Of a DNA stretch of 64,000 nucleotides, positions 39,701 to 51,700 are shown piece after piece (the stretch's first letter is position 1; each line of letters starts with the position of its first letter). Under the pieces are notes generated by a model. The model saw nothing but the letters and a program-made list of their open reading frames with translations. It made no database searches and was not told the origin of the DNA. Source of the DNA: Takakia lepidozioides (lineage: Eukaryota; Plantae; Bryophyta); NCBI GenBank assembly GCA_030704615.1, contig CM060733.1, forward strand, positions 24,366,001-24,430,000. The letters run 5' to 3'. A program made the translations under genes and the position numbers.

Positions 39701-42700
39701 TAGAGCCCATCATACGTCACCCATCTGTTATGAACATCACTATAGGGAGTTCATGGTTGCCATGCTGCCAGGCATCCAAGTGCTGGATAATGTGGCTATC
39801 ATAAAGAGCGAGAGGGAAAGGGCACAATGGGTGTATAAGGAACAGTTTGAGCTTTTTGCGAACAATCGGAGGGGTAAAGAAAATCTAGTCCAGGTATCTA
39901 CCTTTCTGTCCTAGACTATTGCATCTCTGCTTTGGAGCCGTTAGAAAAAAAATAGTGGGAGAAAGATGAATCCAGGCCACTTGCTCCATCCAGATTTTTG
40001 CCGAGAGCACATTTCTGCAGTATGATATTAGAAGATCTATGTTATTCATGCCCACATGTAGGGCACCTGGGTTCCTCATTTTCCAGGCTGGGTTAGTTGT
40101 AGCAACCTGCTTTTTCCGGCTCACAGCTTCAGAAGGCCCTTCAGGTAGTCTCTTGAGGATTTTCTGATGTTGTCAAGAGCTGTAAGTAGATGTCTTCAAG
40201 CAGGATCTGACCTTGGGTGGTTGTAGCCTGACTTTCTAGAAGAAAATGAAGAGACAGGTAAGAGATGAAGAAGAACTCCATAACGACTTGTCAAGGGTCA
40301 TGGGTCCAGGTGCTGAACAGGCGGGAAATAGGTGGGTGGGGTGCTGGAACTCTCCAGAGAAGTCACAGGCTGAGGGTTATAGACCATGAGCACAGCCCTG
40401 CTGCCTTTAGTAGGTCTCTTTGTGCTGCCAAAATGGCATTGTGTGCATGGCCAGCAACCAATGCCATTTGCCGGTTAAAGAAAACAAATGTGCAGTTGAG
40501 TCGCCGGTACCGACCCCGCCAATTTGAGTATCACCCAACTGAGGCTAGCCACATGGTGTTTGGGACACTCCACGGGGAGGTGGTGGTTGTCAATCACGAG
40601 AGTGATAAAGTGGTCGGTTATGTGCAATCCATTGGTGCCCCTCACAGCATTCTGGGCCTCTGTTGGCTCAACAAAGACCCTACTAAGGTAAAGTTTCTCA
40701 TGCATTGGCACTACTTTCTGTATCTTTATTGTTCAATTGCCATGTATATCAGGGTAGTTCTGAAAGAGCAATGCGTCTTATATCATTATCAGATGAAACA
40801 CCGCTTCTGTGACCTGATGTTTTGAAATTCATGGGGCCTATCCAGTTATACCTGTATACTGATGTTTTTACATCATTCACACGAGATGTCCATAGCCTAC
40901 ATTGTGCTGGGTTTCAACTTCCATGCAAGAAACTATTGAAAGCTCTAATTGGGAAGTGTAATACCTGAGAGGTCATTGTTGATTTCATCACAACACAGCT
41001 TATAGCTGGTTCAGACAATGGATCCCTTCAACTATACGATGTGAACCACATGCGAGCTTCAGTGGTGACAGCTGGTGGACGGGCAGTGGGCCCAGACAGT
41101 TCCAACAGATATGAGAGTGCTCGATACTGGGGTCACCAGTCAGGAGCAGGGGGTTTAAGCACTGGTAGTGGTCGTAATCCCACGATTTATACCTATGATG
41201 ATTTTGAGCAACTGACTTCTGTTCATATAAATTCAACGGATGATTACTTCGTGGCAAGTGGGTATTCCAAGAACGTTGGTCTATATGATCTTCGCACTGG
41301 CACACGTCTCCAGATTTTTCCAGACCTTCACCAAGAGCATATTAATGTGGTGAAGTTTGCACATCATTCACCTAACTTATTTGCAACCTCATCATTTGAT
41401 AAGGACATAAAGATGTGGGACATCAGACAGAGGGTCACACGGCCAATCTACACCGTACGGAGTACCCGAGGCAACGTAATGGTTTGCTTCTCACGCGATG
41501 ACCACTACCTTCTTTCATCGGCTGTTGATAATGAGGTGACTTTCATACACACCAGGCTCAATTCTGTGACTCTAGGGCTCAAATAATGACCTAGTGGAAT
41601 TTGATTCTGGGCCCTTGGACTGAACCTTCCACAAACTACCCTGCCAATTCTCTTATCCTTAATCACGTTGTTGGCAATTTCGATGAATGTTATTCTAAGG
41701 ATAAGAGAGTAAATATTTTTAGGCTTTTAAATGCTTATTCAGGTGATGGAGAAGACCAGGGAATTCTCAAATTCAGAGTGAACCAAACGTGTTGTCACAG
41801 AAAGATGGCTGTTGTTAATAAAAAAAATTGCAATCAGGCGTCACAACATGTGTGGCGGTTAGTGTATGAACAATGTGTGAGCAGCATTGCATGCAGCACA
41901 ATTACATCCAACAGGATATTTGGAAAGTTTGTTTGAAGAACTGTTGGGAATTATTGAGTGTGGCAGGTACGGCAACATCTGGCAGTGGATGGCAGGCTTC
42001 ACATGAGGTTTGATATAGCACCCATGGGTAGTAACAAAAACTACACACGGTCATACTACCTCAATGGTCGAGACTATATCATAACTGGTAGCTGCGAGGA
42101 AAATGTGGTCCGTGTCTGCTGTGCACAGACTGGCCGGCGTCTGCGGGATCTGACCTTGGAGGTATGCATGCTCATTGATGAAATTAGTTCAACAAACGGC
42201 TCTTTAATTCGTCAGGTTTGTGATGTTTCTTAAGTCTGCTTGTCGGGTTATCACCCAGTGTTGTGTGACTGTATCTGGCTAAAATTGTTCTCTCTTGGAC
42301 CATCTCTGAGTTCATTTGTCGAATTTATGTTATATGCAGGGGGGAGGTGGGGGGACCTCCTTGTACGTGCAGTCATTGAGAGGTGATCCTTTTAAGGTGA
42401 GCTTGTCTATTTGGTTCAGGTTTTCTGGACAGTGATCAGTGATCAGTGTTGATCAACTTGATCATCAGTATTGAGTATAACTGTAGTGGGGCGTAAGAAA
42501 ATGAAATGGTACTTTATAACGTCTGCGAGAAAAGAAATAGTTTTATTATTGCCACAGAGAGAGCGCCTATGAATGCAACACCACTTCTATAGTACCAAAA
42601 TAACATCCAAAAGAGGGTGTTGAAAACTGCAACCATCGCTCAGACATGGAAAGAGAGAGATATTGCTCTCAGATCTAAACTTTGTCACACCGATTTCTTG

Positions 42701-44468
42701 GGGACTGATGGACATAGAAGTTATCCAAGCTTGATCATTAAGTGGGGCAGTAATTTGTCTCGGTTAGAGCTGTCTGTGTCCATAAAGTATACGTGAACAG
42801 AGAAGTTTATTTTAATCATCCCACAGCAGGTCCGCATCTGATTTGTGCTTAGTGATTCAGAAGGACTGAGTTGTTCTATGGGTTAGTGTTCAGGACTTCC
42901 ACTTCTGTGTGCTGGTGGCCTACAACCATCCACATTCGAGATCTGAAATCATCAAGGTAATGCTCCACTTAAAGCTCTCAAGTTGCTACTCTGAGAGAGA
43001 GAGAATGTACTCATAAGACATTGTTTGCTGTAGCTTTGTGGCTTTAGACTCCGCGCCAGTGTGGGCGCAACTAAAGATAATAGTTGCTACCTTTGTGAGG
43101 GGCTCACTCCAGTAATGTGACTTGTCTTGGCAAAGACAATTAGTTCGGCTTTTCCTGATATCCTCTAGAAAGCCCTTCACACCAGTGTTGACTTGCTGCA
43201 TGGGAGCTGCTCAGTAATTAGACCCCAACAGGGCCAGGGCTTTATTTAGACTCAGCCTCATGATTTTTGAAGTTGGAACAGAGGTGCGAGGACAATGTGT
43301 TTGAGTCCTGAAGAGGGTCACTCTCTGGTGAGAGTACCCCGGACAATGTATCAGAAAATGAATATTCTTCAGGCTGCCTGCACATCGGGCATTCCTTTCT
43401 GCACCATGTATTTGTTCAAAGGTAGGCTGCCCACCCTTAGTTAACATTTCAGTCTAGTGCCGAGGGAAGGCCCTTGAGATCATCTGAGAGAGAGAGAGAG
43501 AGAGGTACTCACTGACCGTCATCTGAGAGGGTTGGTGATGACTTGAGGCCATGGTGACCATGAGGTACCAACCTGGATGTGGGGGTTACCACCTACCAGG
43601 ATATGGGAACTCATCCTGAGATTGCCACAGTGCTCATGCACAGCCAATGACCATCCAATTACAAAGGGAGCTGGATGTAATCATTTTAGCCCGCTACTGA
43701 CCTGACGCTTGGCTGTGGCTGCATTGCCAGTCACTCTGTACACAGAAAATGGTAGAATGTAGCCTACTGGCTAACATAGATGTTACACATAGCTGTGATT
43801 AGGAGGGCCAGTTACCTTGGTACACACAACATGGAGGGAAAAGAAAAAAGCTGCAGGGGAAGAAATTTCTATATCCACAGAGACCTTTTGGCACCATCAC
43901 CCAGTAGAACCACTAACAGACATATCAGGAACATTGCCCAAAGACAGCCCATGACCGAGAATCTCTCGTCCTCATACCTTAATGCCCTTCCAGGGACGAG
44001 AGATGTACTCTGAACATTGGCCCTTGAGTGTACAGCAACCCTCCCAAAACCAGTTTCAAAGGCTTTCTATCCGGCAGGCAATGAACAGTCAGCCTGATAT
44101 TTCCTTACGCCCACAAGCAGCCAATAACAATCTAGGTACAGGGTATTGAGTGTTCATCTAAGGGATAGTATATAAAATTTCATGCTGGAGCTACCGCCTA
44201 ATGGAGGATCCAACACTACAAGTTGCTCGTGTCTCGTCTCTAAAAGGCACAATGTTGGAATCCAACGCAGTCCCCCATCTGTTCTGCTGTAGCTGCTGAG
44301 TCCCAAGTGCTAGGAGGGTGGGAGACCCTGCACCGTTGCAAATTTTGTGGCCTGTCAATCATCCTCAGTTTAAAGACTCACCATAGTAAAAAGATGTATT
44401 TCCAACCGAGCAGGTTTTGTTCTTGTCATGTGCAGGTAAATCTACTGACAGGCGGTCAAGAGTCATGA
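36747..44468 (+). CDS. DHU1: DWD HYPERSENSITIVE TO UV-B 1-like (LRR N-terminus plus WD40 C-terminus); exon 2 appears 1 nt short
   Basis: MEICDTETLEAR|YVDACEKYGV; LRR region (LHTLRLD..FCGMPKLAKLSMCGTSISNLWTT..FQKCLCC); SPICYEHHYREFMVAMLP; RPRQFEYHP; WD40 repeats (HQEHINVVKFAHHSPNLFATSSFDKDIKMWD); NYTRSYYLNGRDYII; YVQSLRGDPF; last exon VNLLTGGQES*. Confidence 0.88.
42990..43496 (-). mobile_element. LINE 3' fragment (family A, copy 3) with TSD, in DHU1 intron
   Basis: Direct repeat TCTGAGAGAGAGAG at 42990-43003 and 43483-43496; encodes ..IHFLIHCPGYSHQRVTLF; terminus AATGTACTCATAAGAC. Confidence 0.8.
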
Positions 44469-44671
44469 CTGGGAGCATCATTACATCTGTCGCCGGTTTT
44501 TCCTAACTCCCTGAGAGTGTTTGCATATTGTAAATAGAGGGAAAAGAATAAGGAGATGGGAGGTGGAAAAGAGCGGGAAACCATTCGTTATTTTGCAACC
44601 GGACTTGAAATCATGTTCAATGATTGTAAAAATTCTCTTGGAAACACTCCGCAAGAACGAGTCGATCATGA

Positions 44672-45526
44672 TCAGTAGACATCTCCGCACAAGTTTGCGC
44701 TTTGGCCATTAGGGGGTTGGAGGAGAGTGCTTAACTTCATTCCTGAGGACAATGTCACCGCGTTGTCGACTGCCAAAGGAGCAGGTCAGATACATTTTTG
44801 TAACAACAAAGAGCATGGCTTTGTCTCATGCTTAGTGCTTCTGCTCCTCATATGCTTTGCTTTGCTTGGGTGTTTTTAAAAGCATTATTGTTATCCATCT
44901 GCAGTTATTTGGTATAGTTTTTGAATGTTCGTATTTAGAATCAACACTTGTTTACAGACAAAAATGGAATTCCATTCAAGTTTTATTCCTCCATTGCATC
45001 AGATCTGTCCCAAATTTTGTACTGGCCACATGAAAACTTATCGCACCCACCGATATTTCATTTCTAAACTTCCATTATTTTCTTCAAGTGCTACATGGCT
45101 TTGTCTGCTCTTGATATGGAGAAACTAGACCTTGAGCATATGACAAATATGAAAAGTAGCTGTAGGCTAGATATGAGCTCTCTCTCTTAAGCTCTATGAG
45201 CTTTCCGCAGATGTTATAAAGTACCATTTCATTTCATAAGGATGTGGTCCCTCTGTAAGCCTTCCGGCCTGAGAGAGGTTATTTTTTCCTCTCGTTCTAT
45301 TTCAATACACAGATTCTGCAGGATATAATTTGCCACCTGACTTCAACCTGCGTGCACGATGTGGTGGTGGTTGTCTGCGCAGGTGAAGTTCACCTCGGTC
45401 CATCTTCTCTTCTTTTGTTTCCTCCCCAGGCTGCCCCTTCCCTTCTTTACCTTCCTCCCCTTCCTCTCCCTCTGCTTTGAGGGGGTCTGCTGGAGGAGCT
45501 GCTGGTGTTGTTGGTGCTTCTGCCAT
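44672..45526 (-). CDS. Putative small two-exon protein (95 aa), unknown function
   Basis: Exon 1 45526-45337 (MAEAPTTPAAPPADPLKAEGEEGEEGKE..RARRLKS, phase 1). Exon 2 44769-44672 follows CTGAC..CTTTGGCAG and is phase-compatible (VDNAVTLSSGMKL..CGDVY*). The donor GTGGCA is weak. Confidence 0.4.
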
Positions 45527-45905
45527 TGATGATAGCCTGCTTTAGTAGATCTTAAGCTTGCTTGTGTGTTGAACAGCTTGAAATCAATCCAACCTGTGTT
45601 CGTCTGACGACTACTTTAGATCCATAGAGTAAAAAATGGATGCTGCTCTAAGGTAGGTGGTTAGCTAAACTACTTTGTTAGTTATCAAGTTAGTTATCTT
45701 CTGTTCACATGACACATAAAGGTTAAAGTGTTAAAGTTCATCCAGCTAGATGTAGTTTAAAAATTGTGAGGGTTGTCACGTTTTTGGTCTACTGAAAAAG
45801 CTGGGACAGAGGCCCCCTTCACTGGTATGTCCCCTGTCAGCCCGTTGTTGACAAGATTCATAATTCGAAGGGATGTGCAGTTCTCAACTTAGAGCTTATA
45901 TGAAA

Positions 45906-46900
45906 GAAATGAAATGAAATTAAATGGTGCTTTATAACGTTCGCGGAAAGCTAATAGAGCTTGAAAGAAAAGAAAAGAAATGAAATGGTGCTTTATAACG
46001 TTCGAAAGACGATAATTTTCCAGTAAAAAACACAGTGTACACCTTCAAAACCGAAGAAAACAGTGGAACCAGAAAACCCCAACAAGAATGCACATCAAAC
46101 CTTGCACAAAGGTGCAAAAAAGAAGCTTTGCACAAAATTGTCCATAGGCAGCCTGGAGTTCTTGTGGGACAACTTGGACTGATCATAACTCAGAGGTGTG
46201 CACTCTCAAGCAAGCCTAGAAATTGTTGCTGGAAGATGAAGCTTCTGTCTGTGACCATTGCATTCAGCACCCCATAGTTGCCTCTGTAATTGCAAACATT
46301 GAAAAACATTGATCCTACCGGAAAATGTCCGGCATTCATAAATATAGATGGATTCAAACCAAGCACATACTAGGGATGGGAACCGGCAGGGAATGTACAT
46401 GTGGTCTACCGTTCATGGGACTGGAAAATCTTGGGTGGGAATCAAGAGGATGGTAGAGTGAGCTAGATGCAGCAGAGAGAGGAATGACCATCAGCTTGTA
46501 TGCAGGTATATTTCTCCACCGTAATGTTTCACCGAGGGTATATTGAAAAAGATCCGCACTAGGGTACTTATTCAGACAACCCCATTAAGTAGTGTAGTTA
46601 TGGTCCCTGTTCATGTTGACATTTTTCTAGTGGGGGTCACTTGTGTCGTCTTGTGTGTTGTATGGGGAAGGCATCCAGTGTCTAGCTTTGACCTGAAATC
46701 TTCTCCTGCTCAACTATCCAATCTTCTCCTCCTTTGAGGTTTCGTTTTGGTGCAAAACTTTAGTCTCCATCTGCCTCATGTTCCTTGCAAAATCCGCCAA
46801 TAACTCCAGGCTTTTCATGACTTCCCCGCCGTTCTTCGAATCATAACTTCATTCTAACATCACCAAGGGCGGTCCTTACAGAATGGGCAGTACTGACTAT
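45906..46900 (-). mobile_element. Decayed LINE 3' fragment (family B, (ATTTC)n tail)
   Basis: GAAATGAAATGG(T)GCTTTATAACGTTCG terminus twice (about 45920 and 45980), also at 42498 and inverted at 45200-45236. Upstream minus-strand C..C..ES...IYEC resembles a CCHC remnant. 5' limit uncertain. Confidence 0.5.
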
Positions 46901-47007
46901 AGGGCACAGATCATTGCTTTCAACTTGATTGTTTCCATTGAAAAATAAGGGCAAATCCGGACATTTTCACCCTGACGTTGGCACTTTTTCCACGCACGTG
47001 GCTCATT

Positions 47008-49620
47008 TCACCAGTAATCTCCACAAGAACAAACCCCATCTTGGAAGTGGTGAAACCGGTTTGCATCCCGTACAACAATTGTTCGCCGAACAATCTTTGA
47101 GATCAACTTGGTGGCCGTGTGGCAGTCACCACACACCCTGAGGTTCTTGATGATACGGAGAGGTGTCCCAGGATAAGTGCTGATGAGCCCAAAAGCTATG
47201 GCCAGCTTCTCACTATGGTGGCTTAGACAAGATTGTTTTTGCAGCTCCTTCACATCATGCAATACAAATTGAGTGTCAGCCACATACCCAGCCTCCCTTA
47301 TCTGCACATACAATCTCTTCAGCTCAGCCTGGATTTCATCAATTTGAGGGTGCAACGTATCATCCACAACAAATGTGTGCAACTGGTTGTTGATCTCAAT
47401 GAAGCAGCGACCTGGCTCCTTTCTGACACCCCTGTCTTTCATCAGTTTTCTCACTTTTGCAGTATCATCCCACCTGCCAGCCGCAGCATAGATGTTTGAT
47501 AGTAGCACATACGTTGCAGCATCCTGTGGATCCCACTTGAGAAGGCATTTTGCCACGCGTTCTGCCACCATCACATTGGCATGAATTCTACAGGCACCAA
47601 GCAACGCCCCCCACGTTGAAGTTGCTGCTTTGATCGGCATTTTGTTAATGAAATCCTCTGCCTCTTCCAATCGCCCTGCACGGCCAAGAAGGTCCACCAT
47701 ACATCCAAATTGCTCTACCGTAGGAGAGAAGCCAAGATCTTGACTAATATAATCAAAATAGTGACAGCCTTCATCCACTAAACCCCCATGGCTACATGCA
47801 GCGAGAACACATGTAAAGCTGATGCCATCCGGCTTAAATCCTTCCCCCAGCATTTGATCAAATAATTGCAGAGCTTCCATACCACAACCATGCTGAGAAT
47901 ATCCTGCAACTATCACATTCCATGAGACCACATTTCGTTCAGCCATACTGTCAAACACCTGACGTGCATCTTTTATGCTCCCACATTTAGCATACATGTC
48001 GACAAGAGTATTCTGCAGGAGAATATTTGGCACAAAGCCAGCTTTGACTATGTCTGCATGGATCTCTTGGCCCTTCTCCAGGGCAGCCAGTGTGGCACAC
48101 GCATTGAGAATACTGACAAGCGTCACCTGGTTGGGTTTTACCCCTTCCAGTATCATTTGCTCATAGATTTTGAAAGCCTCCCTGCCACACCCATGCTGAG
48201 CATATCCTGCGATCATGGCACTCCATGAGACAACATTTTTTTCAGCAATATTGTCGAACACTTGACGTGCATAATTTAGGCTTCCACATTTGGCGTACAT
48301 GTTAACAAGGGTATTCTCCAAATTTACATAAGACTCAATTCCAGCTTGGATGATGTCAGCATGGACCTCTTTGCCCTTTTCCAGGGCAGCAACGCTAGCA
48401 CATGCCTTGAGAATGCAAATGAAGGTGACTTTATTGGGTTCCACCCCTTCCACTATCATTTGCTCATAGGTCTCGAAAGCCTCCCTACCATACCCATGAT
48501 GTGCATATCCTGCAATCATTGCGTTCCACGAAACCACATCTCGCTTGGCCATGCTGTCAAATACTCTCCGTGCATCCTTTATACTCCCGCATTTAGCATA
48601 CATGTCAATGAGGGTATTGGCCAGGACGATATCTACTGGAATTCCAGCTTTCATGATGTCTGTGTGAAGCTCTATGCCCTTTTCCAGGACTGCCAGGCTG
48701 GCACACGCATTGATGATGCAAATGAATGTGACCCTGTCAGGCACCACCCCTTCCCGTATCATTTGCTCATACACCTCAAAAGCCTCCCTACCACAACCCT
48801 GCTGAGCATAGCCTGTGATCAACGTGTTCCATGAGATAACATCTCGCTTAGCCATATGGTCGAACACCTGATGTGCATCCTTAATGCTTCCACACTTGGC
48901 ATACATGTCAATAAGGGTATTCTCCAGAGTGATATCTGGTGCATTTCCACCTTGGATGATGTCAGTGTGGATCTCTATGCCCCTTTCCAGAGTTGCCAGG
49001 CTAGCACACGCCTTCAGAACACAAATGAAGGTGACCCTGTTGGGTGTCACCCCTTCCCCTATCATTTGCTCATACATCACAATGGCTTCCCTACCACACC
49101 CATGCTTGGCGTATCCTGCCATCATTATGTTCCATGTAATTACATCTCGTACAGACATTTTGTCAAACACTAGGCGTGCATCCACCACACTTCCACACTT
49201 GGCATACATATTAATGATAGTGTTCTGTAGACAGATGTCTGGCTGGAATCCACTTTGAATAATGTGGGTGCACACCTGCTGTCCCTCTGCTAGACGTTTT
49301 GTTTTGATACACTCCTGCAAAAGACAGACATAAGTATGGGAGTCTCCTGAAATACCTCCTTGGTTCAAAATTTGCAGTGCCTCTTTCAGTTGTCCTGCCT
49401 TACATAATGTCCAGACATCCCCATAGGTGCCAGAGAAGTTCTTGTCAACTTCCTCTCTTCCTCTTTCAAAAGTGGTGGTCATGGTGGAGGTGCCTGAGTC
49501 AAGAAATTGCGATGCTGCTGCTTCTAGTTGACCAAATAACCATGCAGGTCTCTTGTAGCTATTAATCCAAACCGCCTGAGTGGTACTCTTTTGCTTCAAA
49601 TCTGGTCTTCGAGGATGGAT
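47008..49620 (-). CDS. PLS-class PPR protein with E1-E2-DYW (C-to-U RNA editing factor), preceded by an OSB-type PDF motif
   Basis: Five L-S-P triplets of about 101 aa, then L2, S2, E1 and E2; PG box KEPGRCFIE; HSEKLA; CGDCH; CSCGDYW*. The exon starts after a CAG acceptor at 49621-49623, and the first in-frame ATG is MTTTFERG. Confidence 0.95.
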   Translation of the reverse strand: MHPRRPDLKQKSTTQAVWINSYKRPAWLFGQLEAAASQFLDSGTSTMTTTFERGREEVDKNFSGTYGDVWTLCKAGQLKEALQILNQGGISGDSHTYVCLLQECIKTKRLAEGQQVCTHIIQSGFQPDICLQNTIINMYAKCGSVVDARLVFDKMSVRDVITWNIMMAGYAKHGCGREAIVMYEQMIGEGVTPNRVTFICVLKACASLATLERGIEIHTDIIQGGNAPDITLENTLIDMYAKCGSIKDAHQVFDHMAKRDVISWNTLITGYAQQGCGREAFEVYEQMIREGVVPDRVTFICIINACASLAVLEKGIELHTDIMKAGIPVDIVLANTLIDMYAKCGSIKDARRVFDSMAKRDVVSWNAMIAGYAHHGYGREAFETYEQMIVEGVEPNKVTFICILKACASVAALEKGKEVHADIIQAGIESYVNLENTLVNMYAKCGSLNYARQVFDNIAEKNVVSWSAMIAGYAQHGCGREAFKIYEQMILEGVKPNQVTLVSILNACATLAALEKGQEIHADIVKAGFVPNILLQNTLVDMYAKCGSIKDARQVFDSMAERNVVSWNVIVAGYSQHGCGMEALQLFDQMLGEGFKPDGISFTCVLAACSHGGLVDEGCHYFDYISQDLGFSPTVEQFGCMVDLLGRAGRLEEAEDFINKMPIKAATSTWGALLGACRIHANVMVAERVAKCLLKWDPQDAATYVLLSNIYAAAGRWDDTAKVRKLMKDRGVRKEPGRCFIEINNQLHTFVVDDTLHPQIDEIQAELKRLYVQIREAGYVADTQFVLHDVKELQKQSCLSHHSEKLAIAFGLISTYPGTPLRIIKNLRVCGDCHTATKLISKIVRRTIVVRDANRFHHFQDGVCSCGDYW

Positions 49621-49929
49621 CTGCACCCAAATTCCATCTCTGCTTCATTTCAATATCCCAGCCACTACAACAAAAATGCCAAGATCCTCCTATAAAAGCA
49701 CATAACAATCACAACCGATAATTTAGATATCTCAAACACGCCACCCCACACCCACTGTGCTAGTTCCTTATGCTGACTACAATAAAAAACGCTAGTGAGG
49801 GAGAGGGAGAGAGAAAGAGTATGTCCTTAAAAGTGTTGGTTATGACATACCCTTGCAGGACCAAACCTCTTGAATATGAAACCTCCCAGGTCTGTCATCC
49901 TGTTTTCATCCACCAGAGTAGGCAAAGGT

Positions 49930-50494
49930 GTAGGACACAACCTAACTTATCATCAAACAATACCCGTCATATCCTCGGCCTAGAGGTCCATAGTGTACAT
50001 CGGCATTAGAACCATCACCAGATTGTGCTTGACCTTTGTATCATGACAGATAGCTCTGGCTTCACCCTGGGATGGTTTGACCACGCCTTAATCCAAAGGA
50101 CCTCCTTATTGCACCTACATCTGAAGTCGGGTGATCTTGGACTTTTCTGTGACAACCACAAGTGCCAGCTGAGCATCCATACCACAGCCTCACAGAGACC
50201 AAGCTCAAACCAATGCTCCAAGCACCTTTTGAAGCAAGAGGCAAATAAAAAAGACTGATGGCAATAGTAAAAGCTGCTTTGGTGTCTTTCCCAGCGAAGA
50301 GAAAAATGCCATTCATTTACACAAGTGGGGATACAATGTACTCCACTACACATCATCCTGTTAGCTTCAGTCACAAGCCTGCTGTCCCACCACTGTGAAG
50401 GATCTGAGAAGAACTCCTGCCAGAGCCTTTCTTTCCTCATTGCTTGATCTGTGTGCAAGACTGACAAGTGCTTGAGAACTTTGCCAGCTTCCAA
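49930..50494 (-). pseudogene. Upstream exons encoding OSB-like PDF motifs (degenerate)
   Basis: LWQEFFSDPSQWWDSR (about 50425-50380), an intron, then KSPRSPDFRCRCNKEVLWI..HPRVKPEL (from 50146). A second, damaged half-motif I*RVLFDDKLG lies near 49970-49935. Confidence 0.65.
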
Positions 50495-50701
50495 TTGCCT
50501 TAGTGTCTACTGAGGAGTGCAGACACATAGAAGGATCTCAGGGATGAACACTAGTTTCCCGTTGAGAAGGTATACTCTCTGTCCCTCTCTATTTCTTTTG
50601 GTGGTCGTGACAATTTCTTTCTTTCCTCCTTTGTTTCTTTGAGTGTACGTGAGTTTGCGCCTACATGTGTAACACGTTGGGAGCTCGAGCAGCGCTTTCC
50701 A

Positions 50702-50705
<4 letters not shown>

Positions 50706-50738
<33 letters not shown>
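50706..50738. repeat. (CT)n microsatellite
   Basis: About 16 CT units upstream of the PDF/PPR locus. Confidence 0.95.
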
Positions 50739-50743
<5 letters not shown>

Positions 50744-51700
50744 CAGAGTGATTAGCGTCAACGTAGAGGCCTAGTTACCACAGATGCAACATAGATTGGC
50801 ACGGTCCCGCTGGAGCAGTGCAAAGCGACAATCGAGTGAAATCAACATGCTAGCACCACTTGGAGCTTGCAGCCAATTTGGTGAGGACTTATGCATGTAG
50901 CAGTCAGAAGTCTCGTCCTAAGGGAGACCTGCGTATTTCCCCAATAAAATCTTCTGCCAGGGGACATGGCCGCCAGGAAGCAATGCAAATCAAGCACCTC
51001 CCTGTCTCTTAAACGGAATAACTGAAAAGCCCATGCACATGTAATTCAACAGATGCTGAAAAGATGGCATTCGAGGGCCACGGTCGATTACACTCATGCA
51101 TGACCAGGAACTGAACTTCTTCAACCATTGGTCGCAGTTTCTGCTGAAATGGGTCAAGGGCAATATGGAGCCTCGATTTTCGCAAAGCTGGCTATCCAAT
51201 TCAGCTCCACAACCTTGACCGGTAATATGCTACTTGATGCGAAGCTGTCCGCCCGTTCACCAGAGACATGGCCTTGGTTGTATAATCTCCCTGCAAGCTG
51301 CTCTCCATGTAGAAGGCAGAGAAGCCAGGGTGCACACAAACCCTTCATTCGTGTATAACTTATGCACATCCATTAAAACTTCCTCTAACCAGGTGATTCT
51401 CTGCTTGATCGCGAATTTTCCCTCTTTCGAATGTGGTGCCTTATTGGGTCGAAGAGCCAGGAAATCCGCAGTTTGTTTCGAAATTGAACGGTCAATATGC
51501 TGACTACGTGTACGCATTTGAAAGTTCTCAAATCTGGGCATTGTTACCGACTGGCCCCTACTATGGAGAAAGAGAGCTTGTTGCCCAGATGCTACTGGTA
51601 CCGGGCAGCTTGTTTCCCAGATAATTTGCTATAGTGGGTTCCTGCTCTGTTATCTGGAACGTTGCAAGAAGGAGGCATACTGTAATTGGGTGCTGCAAGT

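Noticed and set aside
47233-49565. Plus-strand repetitive ORFs opposite the PPR
   Set aside because: Antisense reflection of the 303-bp PLS periodicity.
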